A stretch of 64,000 bases of DNA from Ramazzottius varieornatus (Eukaryota; Animalia; Tardigrada): the NCBI GenBank assembly GCA_001949185.1, contig BDGG01000022.1, positions 1 to 64,000 of the forward strand. Direction: 5' to 3'. Below the pieces are notes generated by a model that had not been told where the DNA came from, did not search any database, and was given only the letters and a program-made list of their open reading frames with translations. Of the stretch, positions 1 through 11,800 are shown piece by piece; the stretch's first letter is position 1; every line of letters begins with the position of its first letter. Position numbers and translations under genes: made by a program.

Positions 1-1435
1 GAAAGCTCGTNAAATGAACAAACACGACCAGATCGTCTGTNCAAGTGGCGCACGCTGTCGGTGTTATTGGCAGGCAGGGTGCGCCACTTGGAAAGCGATC
101 TTGTCCAATTTTTCCAAGTGGCGCACATCCTCACTGTTATCAGCTGGAAGTGTGCGCCACTTGGACAAGCGGTCTTCTCGAGGTGGTTTGCCGAGCTCCT
201 CTTTGTAAGAATCATTTTCTCACCGTTGTCGATAGGTATCGTAAAGATGAAGAATGTCGTTGCGATTCTGGGTTTTCAGTTCGGCTCGCAGATGATGGTC
301 AAGGACGCTGTACTTTTCCTGCTTGACGGCCTGCGAGGTCAGCTCCTTGTTGATGGCCACACAGCGATCTTTGATCATCTGCCGGTCTTTCTCTTTCAAC
401 TGCAAACACCATGAACCTTTAAGCACCCACACCTTGACAGATAGCTGGGCTTACATACCTTCTCTTCAAAGTTTGTTTGCTGGGCCACGGAAAGTTTCAG
501 CGAGACATCGTTGGGAGAGCGCGGTCGAAGAAAGGCCGCCTCGCCGATGGCTTCCGTCAAGAGTTTCGTCAGCGTAGTCCAACTACAACAACAAAACAAC
601 ACACATGCAACAAAATTTTCAAGGAAAGAGAACACAAGAAGGTGGAACACATTCACACTTTGTACGACTCGCTTCAACGTGCGAAACAACTTGCCGATTT
701 TCTACGATAGCCTCTATCAGGGCCGTGCCGGGCACGAATCTGTCGCACATTCTCGTTTTAATTCGTAGCAAATTGGCAAATCAGCTGTACAGGGAAGGCC
801 GTGCTGGGCACGGACCTGTTAAAGCTTTCCGTACAAATTTCGTAGAAGAAAGGCGATCAACGTACCAGTCAACGTAAGCTCGTCGTTGTTCGGCGATTCG
901 TCCGCTGATCAAGCGATCAACATCTGGGTTGTCTTCCATCATGATATGAATGATTCCCACCCTGCAAGAAGGGATGTAAAGATTACAACGGTCATGATTT
1001 ACGAGGAGGAGTCGACCTACTGTTTGAGATGGTTATACATGTAGGAAGTGTTGTTGAGGAGGAAGATGGCTTTCAGCGTGGGGTCGTTGTAGTTCTCTGA
1101 GCGAGTCGTCAGACTGGCCAGCAGGTGCGACACCACCGAATCTGAAAGACAAAGGAGAATTAACTTTGACTTCAACCAAACGAACACAGAGCAGCGACTC
1201 GAAGGGCTTACTGAGGTATTTGGGGAAGTTATGGCCCACCGTGGCGGTATTCTGGTTCTGTCCCGCCCGGAAGTTGTGCATCAAACTCTTCCGCTGATTT
1301 TCCGTCACATCTGCAATACGCAAAACCCGCCTTGAAGTCTGATCTCAAGTACAAGGATGGTAAATAGTTACCTGGTGTAATGACCGAGTCGAACAAGACA
1401 CGGTAATCCACTAAATTGGACAGAAAAGCGATCGT
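1..1435 (-). CDS. EXOC7: Exocyst subunit Exo70, C-terminal half only (multi-exon; 3' end runs off the window; 5' part not found)
   Basis: In-frame spliced exons 1435-1372, 1310-~1214, 1141-1021, 961-866, 582-459 and 399-224 give TIAFLSNLVDY...RSENYNDPTLKAIFLLNNTSYMYNHLK...QLKEKDRQMIKDRCVAINKELTSQAVKQEKYSVLDHHLRAEL. These match the Exo70 motifs DPALSAIFLxNN and KDKERQxIKERF. Confidence 0.85.
4..198. repeat. Family-1 palindromic element, double core (Exo70 intron)
   Basis: Cores at 42-90 and 115-163, each CAAGTGGCGCAC-N25-GTGCGCCACTTG, inside AGCTC...GAGCTC outer arms. Confidence 0.9.
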
Positions 1436-1555
1436 CTGCAAAGACATCCCAACACATTTTTCTCCACCAAATTCTCACTGATAACATGGACAGAAAAGAT
1501 CATTCCAGAAGAAGGAGAAAAATAATCGGACGAAAGAGGCCTCTCCTACATAGAA

Positions 1556-1740
1556 GCCCGCCAAACAATCTCGGCAGGATCGTTTTCCCAAGTGCGCATG
1601 TGTCCGACTGACAAGACAGGAAACATGCACCGCTTGGAAAAACAAACCAACTCGACACGATCGTTTGTCCATGTGGCGCACACTTGCTGCCCAGATATCA
1701 AGAACGTGCGTCACTAGGTAAAAACCATCATGCCAACTCT
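1556..1740. repeat. Family-1 palindromic element, double core (degenerate)
   Basis: Cores near 1588 and 1670; the second has an N24 spacer. Confidence 0.8.
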
Positions 1741-2013
1741 CTGCAGTAACTGCTAAGTCAGCCGCATTTTGGCACGCCGTTGTTTGCAGACGGCGAAGTA
1801 CTGCTCTGCAGTGATGAGGATCTCGTTTTTCAGTCCCAATTCTCTCAATGAAAGAAACCCTGATGGAAGGCGAGCAAAAATTCACGTCTGCGCACGTTGC
1901 TTTTCATGTAACCACAATGTTAAACAACATGGAAAACAATGAAAAACACGGTCGATTTTAAAGGGTACAACGAAAACCAATTCTCAAATCAAGATGTCCC
2001 ATAAGGCAGTCAA

Positions 2014-2569
2014 CTAATGAAAAGTAGGGAAATCTTCGGGAAGCTGGTTGGCTCCGCCTCCTTCTCCAACGAAAGGACCGACCAGTGCTTGATCCCGTTC
2101 GATCCCGATCTCCTCCTGCACGGTACCACCCACCAACACTGCAAACACAGAAATCAACACATCAATCACTGACCAAAGTGACGACCCAATCAATGAGACG
2201 AGGAATCCACTGAGGTAAAAGAGCCGGCTCTTACCTTTGTCAGTGTTGACGTGAGGACAGCGTGGTTGGAAATAGGCTTGCTTGATGGCAGGAACCAGGA
2301 ACTCTCCACAACATTGGGTCTGGATGGCAATGAGGGTGGTGTGCGAGCGGATGTGGTCCAGGATGTTTTCCGCCTTCTTCCGATTGTTGCTGGTGACGGG
2401 GAGAGCTACTTCGAACTCCGGCCCACACACGGAACACTGGAGGGTACCGAGGTCAGGATGCTGCAAAAAACACAGAAATCAGAAACTGGAGTACCAGGAA
2501 GTAAAACTGTAGAATACACAAATGAGGTACCAGAATGCTCACCATATGAGGAGCTCTGATGAAATTCAT
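2014..2569 (-). CDS. Small orphan protein (~125 aa) with a C2H2-like Zn-binding motif
   Basis: Three phase-compatible exons (2569-2543, 2460-2235, ~2138-2014) with canonical GTGAGC/GTAAG donors and TTGCAG acceptors. The product contains CSVC-x(n)-HIRSH and CC...CPH. No family recognised. Confidence 0.5.
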
Positions 2570-3279
2570 CGTGAATACGCTAGCACAACTACGAAAGCAA
2601 GAGAGATTTCAAGTGAAGAACCACAATGGCGAGCTGACCACTCAACAGTCGGGTTTTATACCCAAATCTTGTAGGCGTGGCTTCAGCCAACGTACTTCAT
2701 GATTGGTTGGAAACCCACCAGCGGTCGCCCTATTGCTGTGCCATGCACCGCCCACTTCGTTCCGAGGTAACGCTGTGGATTATTCCCCATCTGCAGTTCT
2801 TGCAGCGCTGCTTTTGTTCCAATTCTTAAGGTGCCTGGACTTTTGTATTTCAAAAGATCGCATGAACTCTAGTGATCGTTATCAGAGTTCAACTCTACCA
2901 GTAGCAATAGACCTTCACATTGTCTGTGTTTGGTCTTTCTCTTCCAGCATGGCTTATTCAGGATAACCCAGAAGCAACATGCAACGGCGCTCCATGCGTC
3001 GTGTGGACGCAGGGTGTAGCAAACGGTTGCATGTGGTTTCCGGGTCATCCTGAATAACAGACTAAGTCTGATCCAGGAAGTCATCTGGTTCCAAGCTGTT
3101 AGACAACGGTATAGTCAACTTACGGAAGCATGACATAATCTGGCATAACAGTATATCAGATCGCAATCTCGCAGCTTGTCCAGCCTCTTTGAGCCTTTTC
3201 TCAGTTTTCTTGCCAGAATCTCACTCTTTTAGAATATAGCCCTGTTTTCCTGTCAGTGGACGCGGGCGAGAGGCTGAAG

Positions 3280-5444
3280 ATGTCTTCCGCGACGTCAGCT
3301 AGTCGAGCTCAGGATCAACGGAAGAAACGGGCAGCTCCTCCAGACACCAGTAAGTCATTCCGTATTTCAATATGCTACCATAAAATTGGCGAGCCACGCT
3401 GTTTGACCTCAACCATGCTACCTTGTTCGGACACATGGACGATTGTGTCCTTATGGCCCACCACGGTGGTGAGCCACGAATTTAGTTCGCGTTTGATTTT
3501 CAGACGAAGGAGACACTGGGAAAAGAAAGAAGCCCAACACTTCAGAGAAGAGCAAAGATCAGCCTGCATCGGCAGTGCGACAAACACCGGTGGTTCTGAA
3601 AGAAGGCCCGGTTGTCTTCCACCCTTTGACATTGTCGTCCATCATACCCGCCAAGATCACTCATCCTGCACCGTCAAAAATCACCAACCCTACCGATCTA
3701 CGACCAGCTTCCAGTCTGTCCGGTAGCTCGGCCAGGAATCGGCTGACGAAACAGCTGTATGAACAAATACCTTTCTTGGAGAATGATCCACTGAAAGCGC
3801 TAGAAATGCTGAAAAAGATGGTGCAGGAATCGGGTGAGTCAATCAAATAGACATTCAGTCAATTGTTACCGTTGTGAATTTTCGAAGCATGGCGTTTTCT
3901 ATTCTTTGATGCTGCTTTTAGGCTTGGAAACATTGTATGGAAGCGTTAACGAAAACACACATCGTTCTAGAGATTTCAGCGAACGGGTTGTGGGTAAGGG
4001 GGAATATAATGTAATGAAGACGGAAACGATATGTACAACAAAGATGGTCTTTCCAAGTGGCGCACGCTTTCAGGCAATATCACCAACAGCGTGCGTCACT
4101 TGACGAAATAATCTTGGTCTGTCTGGCGAGCTCTTGAATAGCTTCAATGGTGGGTCTTGGTTGCAGAACTAAAGAAAAACGTGGAGAACATCCTGAAGTT
4201 CATGATTAGCGGCAAAGCTTCGGAGCAGGAGAAGCTGGAAAAGTACAAGGAGATGAAAACTATCTGGTCGAAGATACACGGATTGAATGAAGCAAAAGTC
4301 AAGCTAACGCAAAATGCGTACGATATGGTGAGGCCTTCAATGAATATACTAGGGAGCATGCTCATCTTACTTAGATCTTGGAATGCTCGTCGTAGGTCGA
4401 TCGTGTCATTCGAAGACTAGACAAAGAACTGGAAACGATCGTGGACGAGATCGGCGACACAAAGACCGACACAGCGGAAGCTGGACCAGGTGAGGTTGTT
4501 TACTGCTTTCTGCCGCTCGAAAATGGATAATGCGCATTGCAGGGATCAAGCATTGACTTTCTTATCTTGCAGGTGCAACCGGGGGGAAGCAGGACGGTCC
4601 ACTGCGGCGGCGCGACCGGGACTTCGACATGCCGGTCGACCCCAACGAACCAACCTACTGCGAATGCAAGCAGATTAGCTTCGGCGAAATGATTGCCTGC
4701 GACAACGTCAATGTGAGAACCTTTTTTCACATTTTTCTGTATTTGATTCGTATTTTCCTCAAGTTGAAGGCTGAAAATTAATGAACCGAGAAGGAGTTAA
4801 CAATAAACGGGAGCTGGGCAAACAAACTCGATAAAACCGCTTTTTCAAGTGGCCCTGCGCCATCGGTCTTACTGGCCGAAAGAGGCCGTCGCTGGAAGGA
4901 AACTATCTGGTTGAGTTTGTCTGCTTTCCAAGTGCCGTACGTTTTCAGTGCTGCTGGGTGGCGGAGTGCGCCACTCGGGGAAAGGTTTTTGTCGAATTAC
5001 TTTTCAGTGGCGCACCTTTACCGTGTCATTGGCTAAAGTTGTGCGCCACTTGGAAGAAGTATCTGTCGAGTTGCCGAGATTGCAGCAACTTGCTGTCCGG
5101 GCTTTGAGAGTTCCGCCAGTGAACATGGAAAAATGGGTTACGAAATTGAAGTGGATGAAAGAGTGCAGATGTTGGATGGAGGGGGAATTTGTGTTGGGTT
5201 ATTGAGGTTGATCCTTCACTTTGCGTTGTTATTACAGTGTCCTATTGAATGGTTCCACTTTACATGTGTGGGCCTGACGTCCAAACCCAAAGGAAAGTGG
5301 TTTTGCAAGCGCTGTGTGGCCTCCGGACAAAACAAGCAGGGCAAGAAGAAGAAGCCAAGGATGGGCATCATTGAAAAGTACGCTTCCGCTTCGGACAAGA
5401 GCGAAGTCGAACACCTCCTGTCCGGCTCCGACGAATCTGACTAA
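3280..5444 (+). CDS. Inhibitor of growth (ING4/ING5-like) PHD-finger protein
   Basis: Exons 3280-3349, 3504-3833, 3922-3993, 4167-4327, 4396-4489, 4573-4712 and 5238-5444 splice in frame. ING coiled-coil motif [20 protein letters not shown] and [58 protein letters not shown]. Confidence 0.92.
4020..4133. repeat. Family-1 palindromic element (ING intron 3)
   Basis: Core 4054-4102, N25. Confidence 0.88.
4810..5080. repeat. Family-1 palindromic element, triple core (ING last intron)
   Basis: Decayed core at ~4846, plus N25 cores at ~4929 and ~5004. Confidence 0.85.
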
Positions 5445-6069
5445 GAAGCTCTTTTCCTCCCGTTTTTCCTACGATCTCAGCTTCTCGATGTCCTTGTTCC
5501 CATTGTTGGTGGTTAGCTTCTTGTCTTGTGTACATGGATATTTTTGGTTCAGTTCTCTTAGACGATTTGAGTGTGCAACTTATCGATTGACTTCTTTGGA
5601 CAAAATTTCAAGCCTTGCAAATGAAAACGGCGAGCTTGTTTTGCTATTTTGTAGAGGTGAGATGTGAAAGGTAAATTAGGGGTGAGTGACAAAGTTTGTA
5701 GCTGCGAGCACCATCTGGTCCTGGTTGTGGACAAGTAAACGAAAGAGGGAGTGAAACGCGTAATGTAATCAGGCAGGAAGAATGGCCGGTGGATGGTCGA
5801 AAGGGACGGAAAGTGTATTGGTGCCCTCAATTCCAGCATTTCCGCTCTTTTCATCCCTGCACAAATACGTAGAATCAATAGAGAATCCCTCAGACACCAT
5901 CAGACAACTGACACCCACGTTCAGCAGCCACCACCCATTTCCACCGATAATTACTCCGACCTGTGCGAGAGTGCCATCGTTACCACGTGTATCGGCTTTT
6001 GACAGGGCCATGCAATTTCGATACTCTTCATTCTTTTAGGCCCCTACTAAACCTTCAGGTACTAGAAAT

Positions 6070-6180
6070 GGGCAAATAGTTTGAATCGGATCGTCATCTC
6101 AAGAGGCGCGTACTTTTTGACTGGTACTGGCTGGAAGGATGCGCCACTTTGGAAAGCGCTGTGCTTCAGATCGTTTGCCT
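6070..6180. repeat. Family-1 palindromic element (outside any recognised gene)
   Basis: CAAGAGGCGCGT-N27-ATGCGCCACTTT, with GGCAAAT...TTTGCC outer arms. Confidence 0.75.
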
Positions 6181-8831
6181 ACGTTCACATACTGTATAGC
6201 GAAGAAACTGAAAATATGGGCAGAAATTTCGAAGGAGGCTGGTCACAGTATTCAATCGTTCATTTCCGGGTCCCTGTCGGAGTTGCAGGACTTGCGCTCC
6301 ATTGAACATGCTCCATACTGTACATATCCTCATGACAGTATGACGATGCCAACGATTTGGCGAGCCTTCGCATGATTGTCGGCTTTGCGGATCAAGGCTT
6401 CTCTAACCCAGTGTTCGATTCAAAGGTTTCTGTTGTTTGACAAGATGGAAACCGGTCAGGTCTGTTTGTCGCTTCGCAGCACACTGGGAGCTCTTTAGCC
6501 ATAAATGTACACAGTGAAAAGACTAGTTTTCATATAAACTTCACTTTCTCCGCGCTTCGCACGTGTGGTTCACCGTTCGAGAGTTGAGGAGTTCATCACT
6601 GAGCCTTTAGACGTACAAGGTAAGTAATATTGAGCTGTAATCGGCTCTTGTGCGCTAAAGATATGGGCAGAAGAAAAAACCAGATTTTTGATTGCTGGTG
6701 CGCAAAGAAAAGTGTCAGCCACTACAAAGCGCACTTGGACGACGTCAAACATTGGCTCGATAAAGTAACTGTATCGTCTTGGTGTGCAGTTACTCGAGTG
6801 TCAGCTTATGAACCAATAATACCTTCTTAACCCCAAAGCCAAAGTCAGCGAACTTTACAGTATCGATTTAATAACGAGGAACCACGAGCTCGTGATGGTT
6901 TCTGGATGCTAGCTCGGTTCGACAGAGTGGCGCACGACCGAGTACACACTTTTGGGCGCGTAATTTAGGTAGTCAGTGGTCAGCTTGATTGATGGCGAAG
7001 GTTGTTCCATATGCTATTGAACATTGATCGAATTCCGATAAAATTAATTTGATTTTTGAGGAGGTTCAGCAGGCGGATAAAGCGCGGCGAACGGCGGTCG
7101 GAAAGTGTTGTAAAGGCAGTTGCATGGCCAGCCATGCGTCCACCTTTTGCTGTTTGACAAAGATGGAAAATGTGTAATTATCAGCGCTGTTTACGCCGTC
7201 TCTTCAGCGTGAGCGTATAGCCATCGATGATACACAGCAACCCATCTTTCTACTCAGTATTCATGAAGAAATATTGACGATGCATATCTGACAAAACGGT
7301 TCGGTCGCGTTGCTTAACGGACTACCGATGGATCATCAATGAAGGGTGTCGCGTTCATTTGGGACAGTATAAATGATGCGCCGCTACCAATCAAACACCT
7401 CCTTCCATCCGTCTTGTCGGCCATCAAAAAATGATTAAAAGTTTTCTATCTTTTTCGGGGACCAAGGTAATGGAGACCTTGTACCGCTGAGCCGTTAAAG
7501 AATGGTGAATACCCGCACGAGCTATTGATATTGCACTCGATATGCACATGGCCCCGCTGAGTTCGCGCACTATGGAGACGTCACCCGGAAGACACCCTCG
7601 TAATTTATTCTGTGTGGGTTCACTATCAAAACCGGCGACCAAGCATGTACCCTGGACAATTCTGGTCACAGCTGAGCTTATTTTCGATTCGTGAAATTAA
7701 ATCTGTTGTTTTGCGACCAAAGCGCGAAGCCTGAAAGCTCAACAGGGATTAAGGCAAAAAGCCAAGAAATCTCTGCACCCTTGTTCCCCCAACAGAGAAG
7801 AAAACGGAGCACCAACAGACACCCACAGTCCCATCACTCATCTGGTGACCCAGATTTTCTTCGATCGAGCCGGAAATCCACAACAAAGTCACTCACACAC
7901 AAGTCACAGAGATCTCTCCCATCCGGCGCAGCTGTTGTACGTCCGACACAGCCCTGCCATGAGCAAGTCATACAAGGCTGAGCCGAAAGGCTCGCTGCGC
8001 CCACCAAGGCCAATCAGTCACAAAGCCGCAAGGCCTGCCAAAGCCTAGGCCCACAACGTACTGTATGCCTTGCACCTACCTTCGCTCACACGGCTGTTTG
8101 CCAGTAGGAGAGACAAGAAGGCGGTCACGGAGTATGAAGGCACGGCCTCGTCGTCTCTCTCGAGCATGCCATGAGAGACGATAGAAAAACTCTGGTGGTT
8201 TGTATGAATCTCGAAAGTTTGTAACATTGACTGTCCGTTCCTTCCTCTCGTCCTTGTAAGCCTGAAGAAGCGAGTAGCCATTGTCCATTCTCGAACTCGA
8301 CTGGAGGCCGGTGGCTGATACGTAAGTGTCCAGATCCGTTCGGTCGGTGATTTGAACTGAGTGACTGCTGGTCAGTTGCCTGACTGTCCAAGCGTGCATT
8401 CCTGAGAATACTGGCAGTGCTCTTCTCTATAACTCCATCCTAGTTGATGTAGTTTGGTTTGTGAGGGAGAGGAGAAAGGAGGGGATTATGGAGGCCGTTC
8501 CACTTTTGCAAGCGTCGGCATCGTATATCGATATTTCGTGATGGTCCATTGCTGCTGCCTTTGGAATTATTCATGACAAAATTGCCTTGCTGTGTTGTGG
8601 AATAAAAACGCCAGTGGAATTATTATCGTCATCATCTTGATTATTGTTTTTGCTGCTGCTGCAGTAGTAGTTGAGGAATGTCAGAATGTGAAGGAGATTA
8701 TACAAGGGCAATCATTTGCCGATTTGATCTGGAATTGTTATGGGACCAAAGACTGGAGCCCGCTGTGATATCGTATTTATCAGAGCGCCTCTTTTGAGAA
8801 CCTGGAATATTTTGTGGAATAATTAAACACC

Positions 8832-11800
8832 ATGTGGCGTCGACGGTGGAAGATCTCGCACATTTGTGCCATTTTATTTTCGGTTCTGAGCCAGATACTA
8901 TGGATATGCGCCGCACATTCGTTGCCCGACTGTAATCTCATCTCGCGGCATCCTGTACCGGAAATTATAGCCTCTCCAGATTCAGTAGGACCAGCTGCAG
9001 CTGCTCCAGTTGAAGCGGAATCACTGCAGAGTAGAACAAGGACGAAACGCGATTACGGCGACTTGAGTGATTCAAGGACATTCAAACATCGCAGACTGCA
9101 TGTAGGTTAATGGGTAAACTCATTCCCATCAACTCGCGCATATGTTCATCTTTTCAAACTGTCGCGTGCGCTGACTGATCTGGGAATAACCCCGATCAAA
9201 TTGCGCAGCAGTGAATTTTCTTTGGTTTCAAATGAACCGATCAACAAGATATCTTCCAAGACGTAATGCGCGGGTTGATTGGGATATTCATCTGGTATAG
9301 TGTGCGAGTTCACTCTGATGTCATGAAAGATGCTTGATTGGCGTGCTGTATAATTCGGTTGATTGACAGGGTAAAACTGCGGACGATTTGAGCAGTGCCA
9401 ACCTGATTGATGGCTCTCCCACGGATAGTTACAGCTTACGGCATGAAAAAGAGTCAAGAACGAGGCGTGCTGATCTAAATCCGATCGTCTTGACGGTGAA
9501 GGAGGGCGAGTACGAGCAGATTGGCAAGGAAGTCAAACGATTGCAACCGTTGGGAGCTTCGCGGACGGTGCGTTACGCGCTGCGCGAGGAGAATCCTTGG
9601 ATTGAAATACGGCCCGAAAATGGGGCCATCCTGGTGAAGAAGGCCTTTGATTACGAAAGCCTGGACCAGAGCAAGTCCATCGATTTCTTTGTCCTCATCA
9701 ACGACACAAATACCGGAGGTGAGTCCTCTTTAACGTCGCTTCCAGTTGATCTCTCACTCGCTCGCGTGTTATGCCTTGCCTGCAGAGCTCTTTTGTGGAC
9801 TGTGCTCTATTTTCCCACAGCTGATGCTTTCCGGTGGCGTAATATTGTATCAATAGGTCGAACAACCCAAAACGTCAGCCAGAAGACGAAGGAAAATTGT
9901 TCGGGCAGTTTGGCGTGTGCCGTCGATCAACGGGGCTTACGTCACAGTACAGTATGCAGTGTTTCTACCGCGATGACGTAAAACGTCTCGATTCAAAAAT
10001 TATGGTAGAACAGACGCAGTACACGGAAAAATTATTTTCATCAACCCGCGCACATGCTTGTTTCATGACACCGCCGTGCGCGCTGGTTGACCTGGGTAAC
10101 GCTCCATCAAGTGGCGCACTGGCTTTTCTCTTGCTGTTCGCTATTGTGAAGAAAACTGCTTTCAGAAACTTTTTCCTGTGGACATTGTGGAGGGATCGGA
10201 CAAGTGTAGGAAAGTGGGGAAGTGTGTGGGAGTAGGGGAGTGAAAAGAGGAGAGATTTGATTGTTCGATGAGCGTGTGACTTCCGGTTGAGTTTGTTATA
10301 TTGACTGTCTGCATAGTGGAGTGCCGTACTGTGGCTTGAAAAGTTTGCGAGCGGGACGATGAACTCTCTTGTGCAACGGAGCGCTTGTGCTTGATGCTTG
10401 TAGCACTTTTTGCGTGGTTGTAAAATGATAGCTGGCGCACTGGCGGGCCAATGGATGCGTCCAGCTGTGAACGATCCAACTGTCAAGGAGATACACTGTA
10501 GATGAATCTCTCACAGATCGAACTTGATGTCATGCAACACAAGAGCTAGTACATCACTTCTTCTGCCCCCATAAGCTTCACATCATCTTTGCACATAAAA
10601 GACCACTCCAAGGTTTACTTTACGCATTCCCGAACTCGAAAGAAAAAATCACAGCTGAAAGCTTTCTTTGCTGACAACGTCGTTTGCGAGTCAGTTGGTA
10701 TATTACCCAGCAAGATGATCTGTGGGTCCTTGTGAATATTTCACTTGTGTAAAACTTGGGGATGGCAGTTGTTACGTTGTATCACTTGTATGTCGAGGTT
10801 TTTACAAGCTGGGAAAAAAGAGGCGGTTAATCAAGGCGATTAATTTCGTGGATGCTAGAATGCATCGAAGGTCTTCTTGATAAACTCGGGGTTGGCCACA
10901 GACGTCGGTGTTATCTGGTGCGTACTGCTTCCTGGTTGTGTCGCGATGGCAAATGAGCTCAACAATGTTTGTTTTCTTAGCCGACATGGTGTCATAGCGT
11001 GGCTCTCGCAAGGAGGTTAAGTACAAGGAGAGCGACCTTGAGAGGGGAGAAAGTTTGTCTAGCTTAACCAAGCTTAGCCAAGCGAAACAGCAACGGCTCT
11101 TGTCAACGGAGTCCGACAAATTACGCGAACAAGGCCGAGCTAAAATAGAGTACAAAAAACAGGAGGTAATATAAGTCAGCGCAGTGACGTACTACGCGGC
11201 AACCTTTGGGCTTTCCCGTGGATGGCCGTGTATCTTTCCCTCGGTACAGTGTACACCTGTCCACTTGTGGACAAGTGAATTCACGGTGTGCAAATATTGA
11301 GCAAAGTGGTACTGCAACACAGTCCCTAATCCTTCCTTGTAACTTGCAATGGCGTAGGAACTGTCAAGCGTGGATGTTTTATCTCTGTCAATTCAGAAGC
11401 AGGCTGACAGTTGGAGCGCAGATGATTATAGGGACGTCGTCATCGGCCTGCTCCAGTAATTGTTTATTTGTCCAGCGTGCAATGATCGACGAAGGGGATG
11501 GAGCTATCGACTTATCGTTTCAACGTGTGACGGCATCATTAGTATGGAAGCAGCAAGCCGCCATATTAAATTAACTAGTTTGAGCATGCTGGCACTCGCA
11601 CAAAATTAGCCGCCATGGTTAACGCAAGCTTACATTGTCCGAACAGCCCATCAACAACCCCTTGAATAAATAAACAAGCCAACACGGACTGCAGACTCGA
11701 TCAATGAAGGTTTCCGACAATCGTTTCAACCGGGAAATATTCGATCGGGAACTCGGCAATTGGCGCAGGGTTTCATCCAGTAGGACTGTAGACGTGTGCC

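Noticed and set aside
14-208. Short ORFs with recurring KWRT / VRHL / SGAR / CAPL peptides throughout the ORF track
   Set aside because: These are translations of the palindromic repeat core, not a protein family.
2110-2135. GGTVQE as the missing Exo70 DGTVHE motif
   Set aside because: The surrounding sequence is not Exo70-like and the frame runs to a stop at 2014 with no suitable donor.
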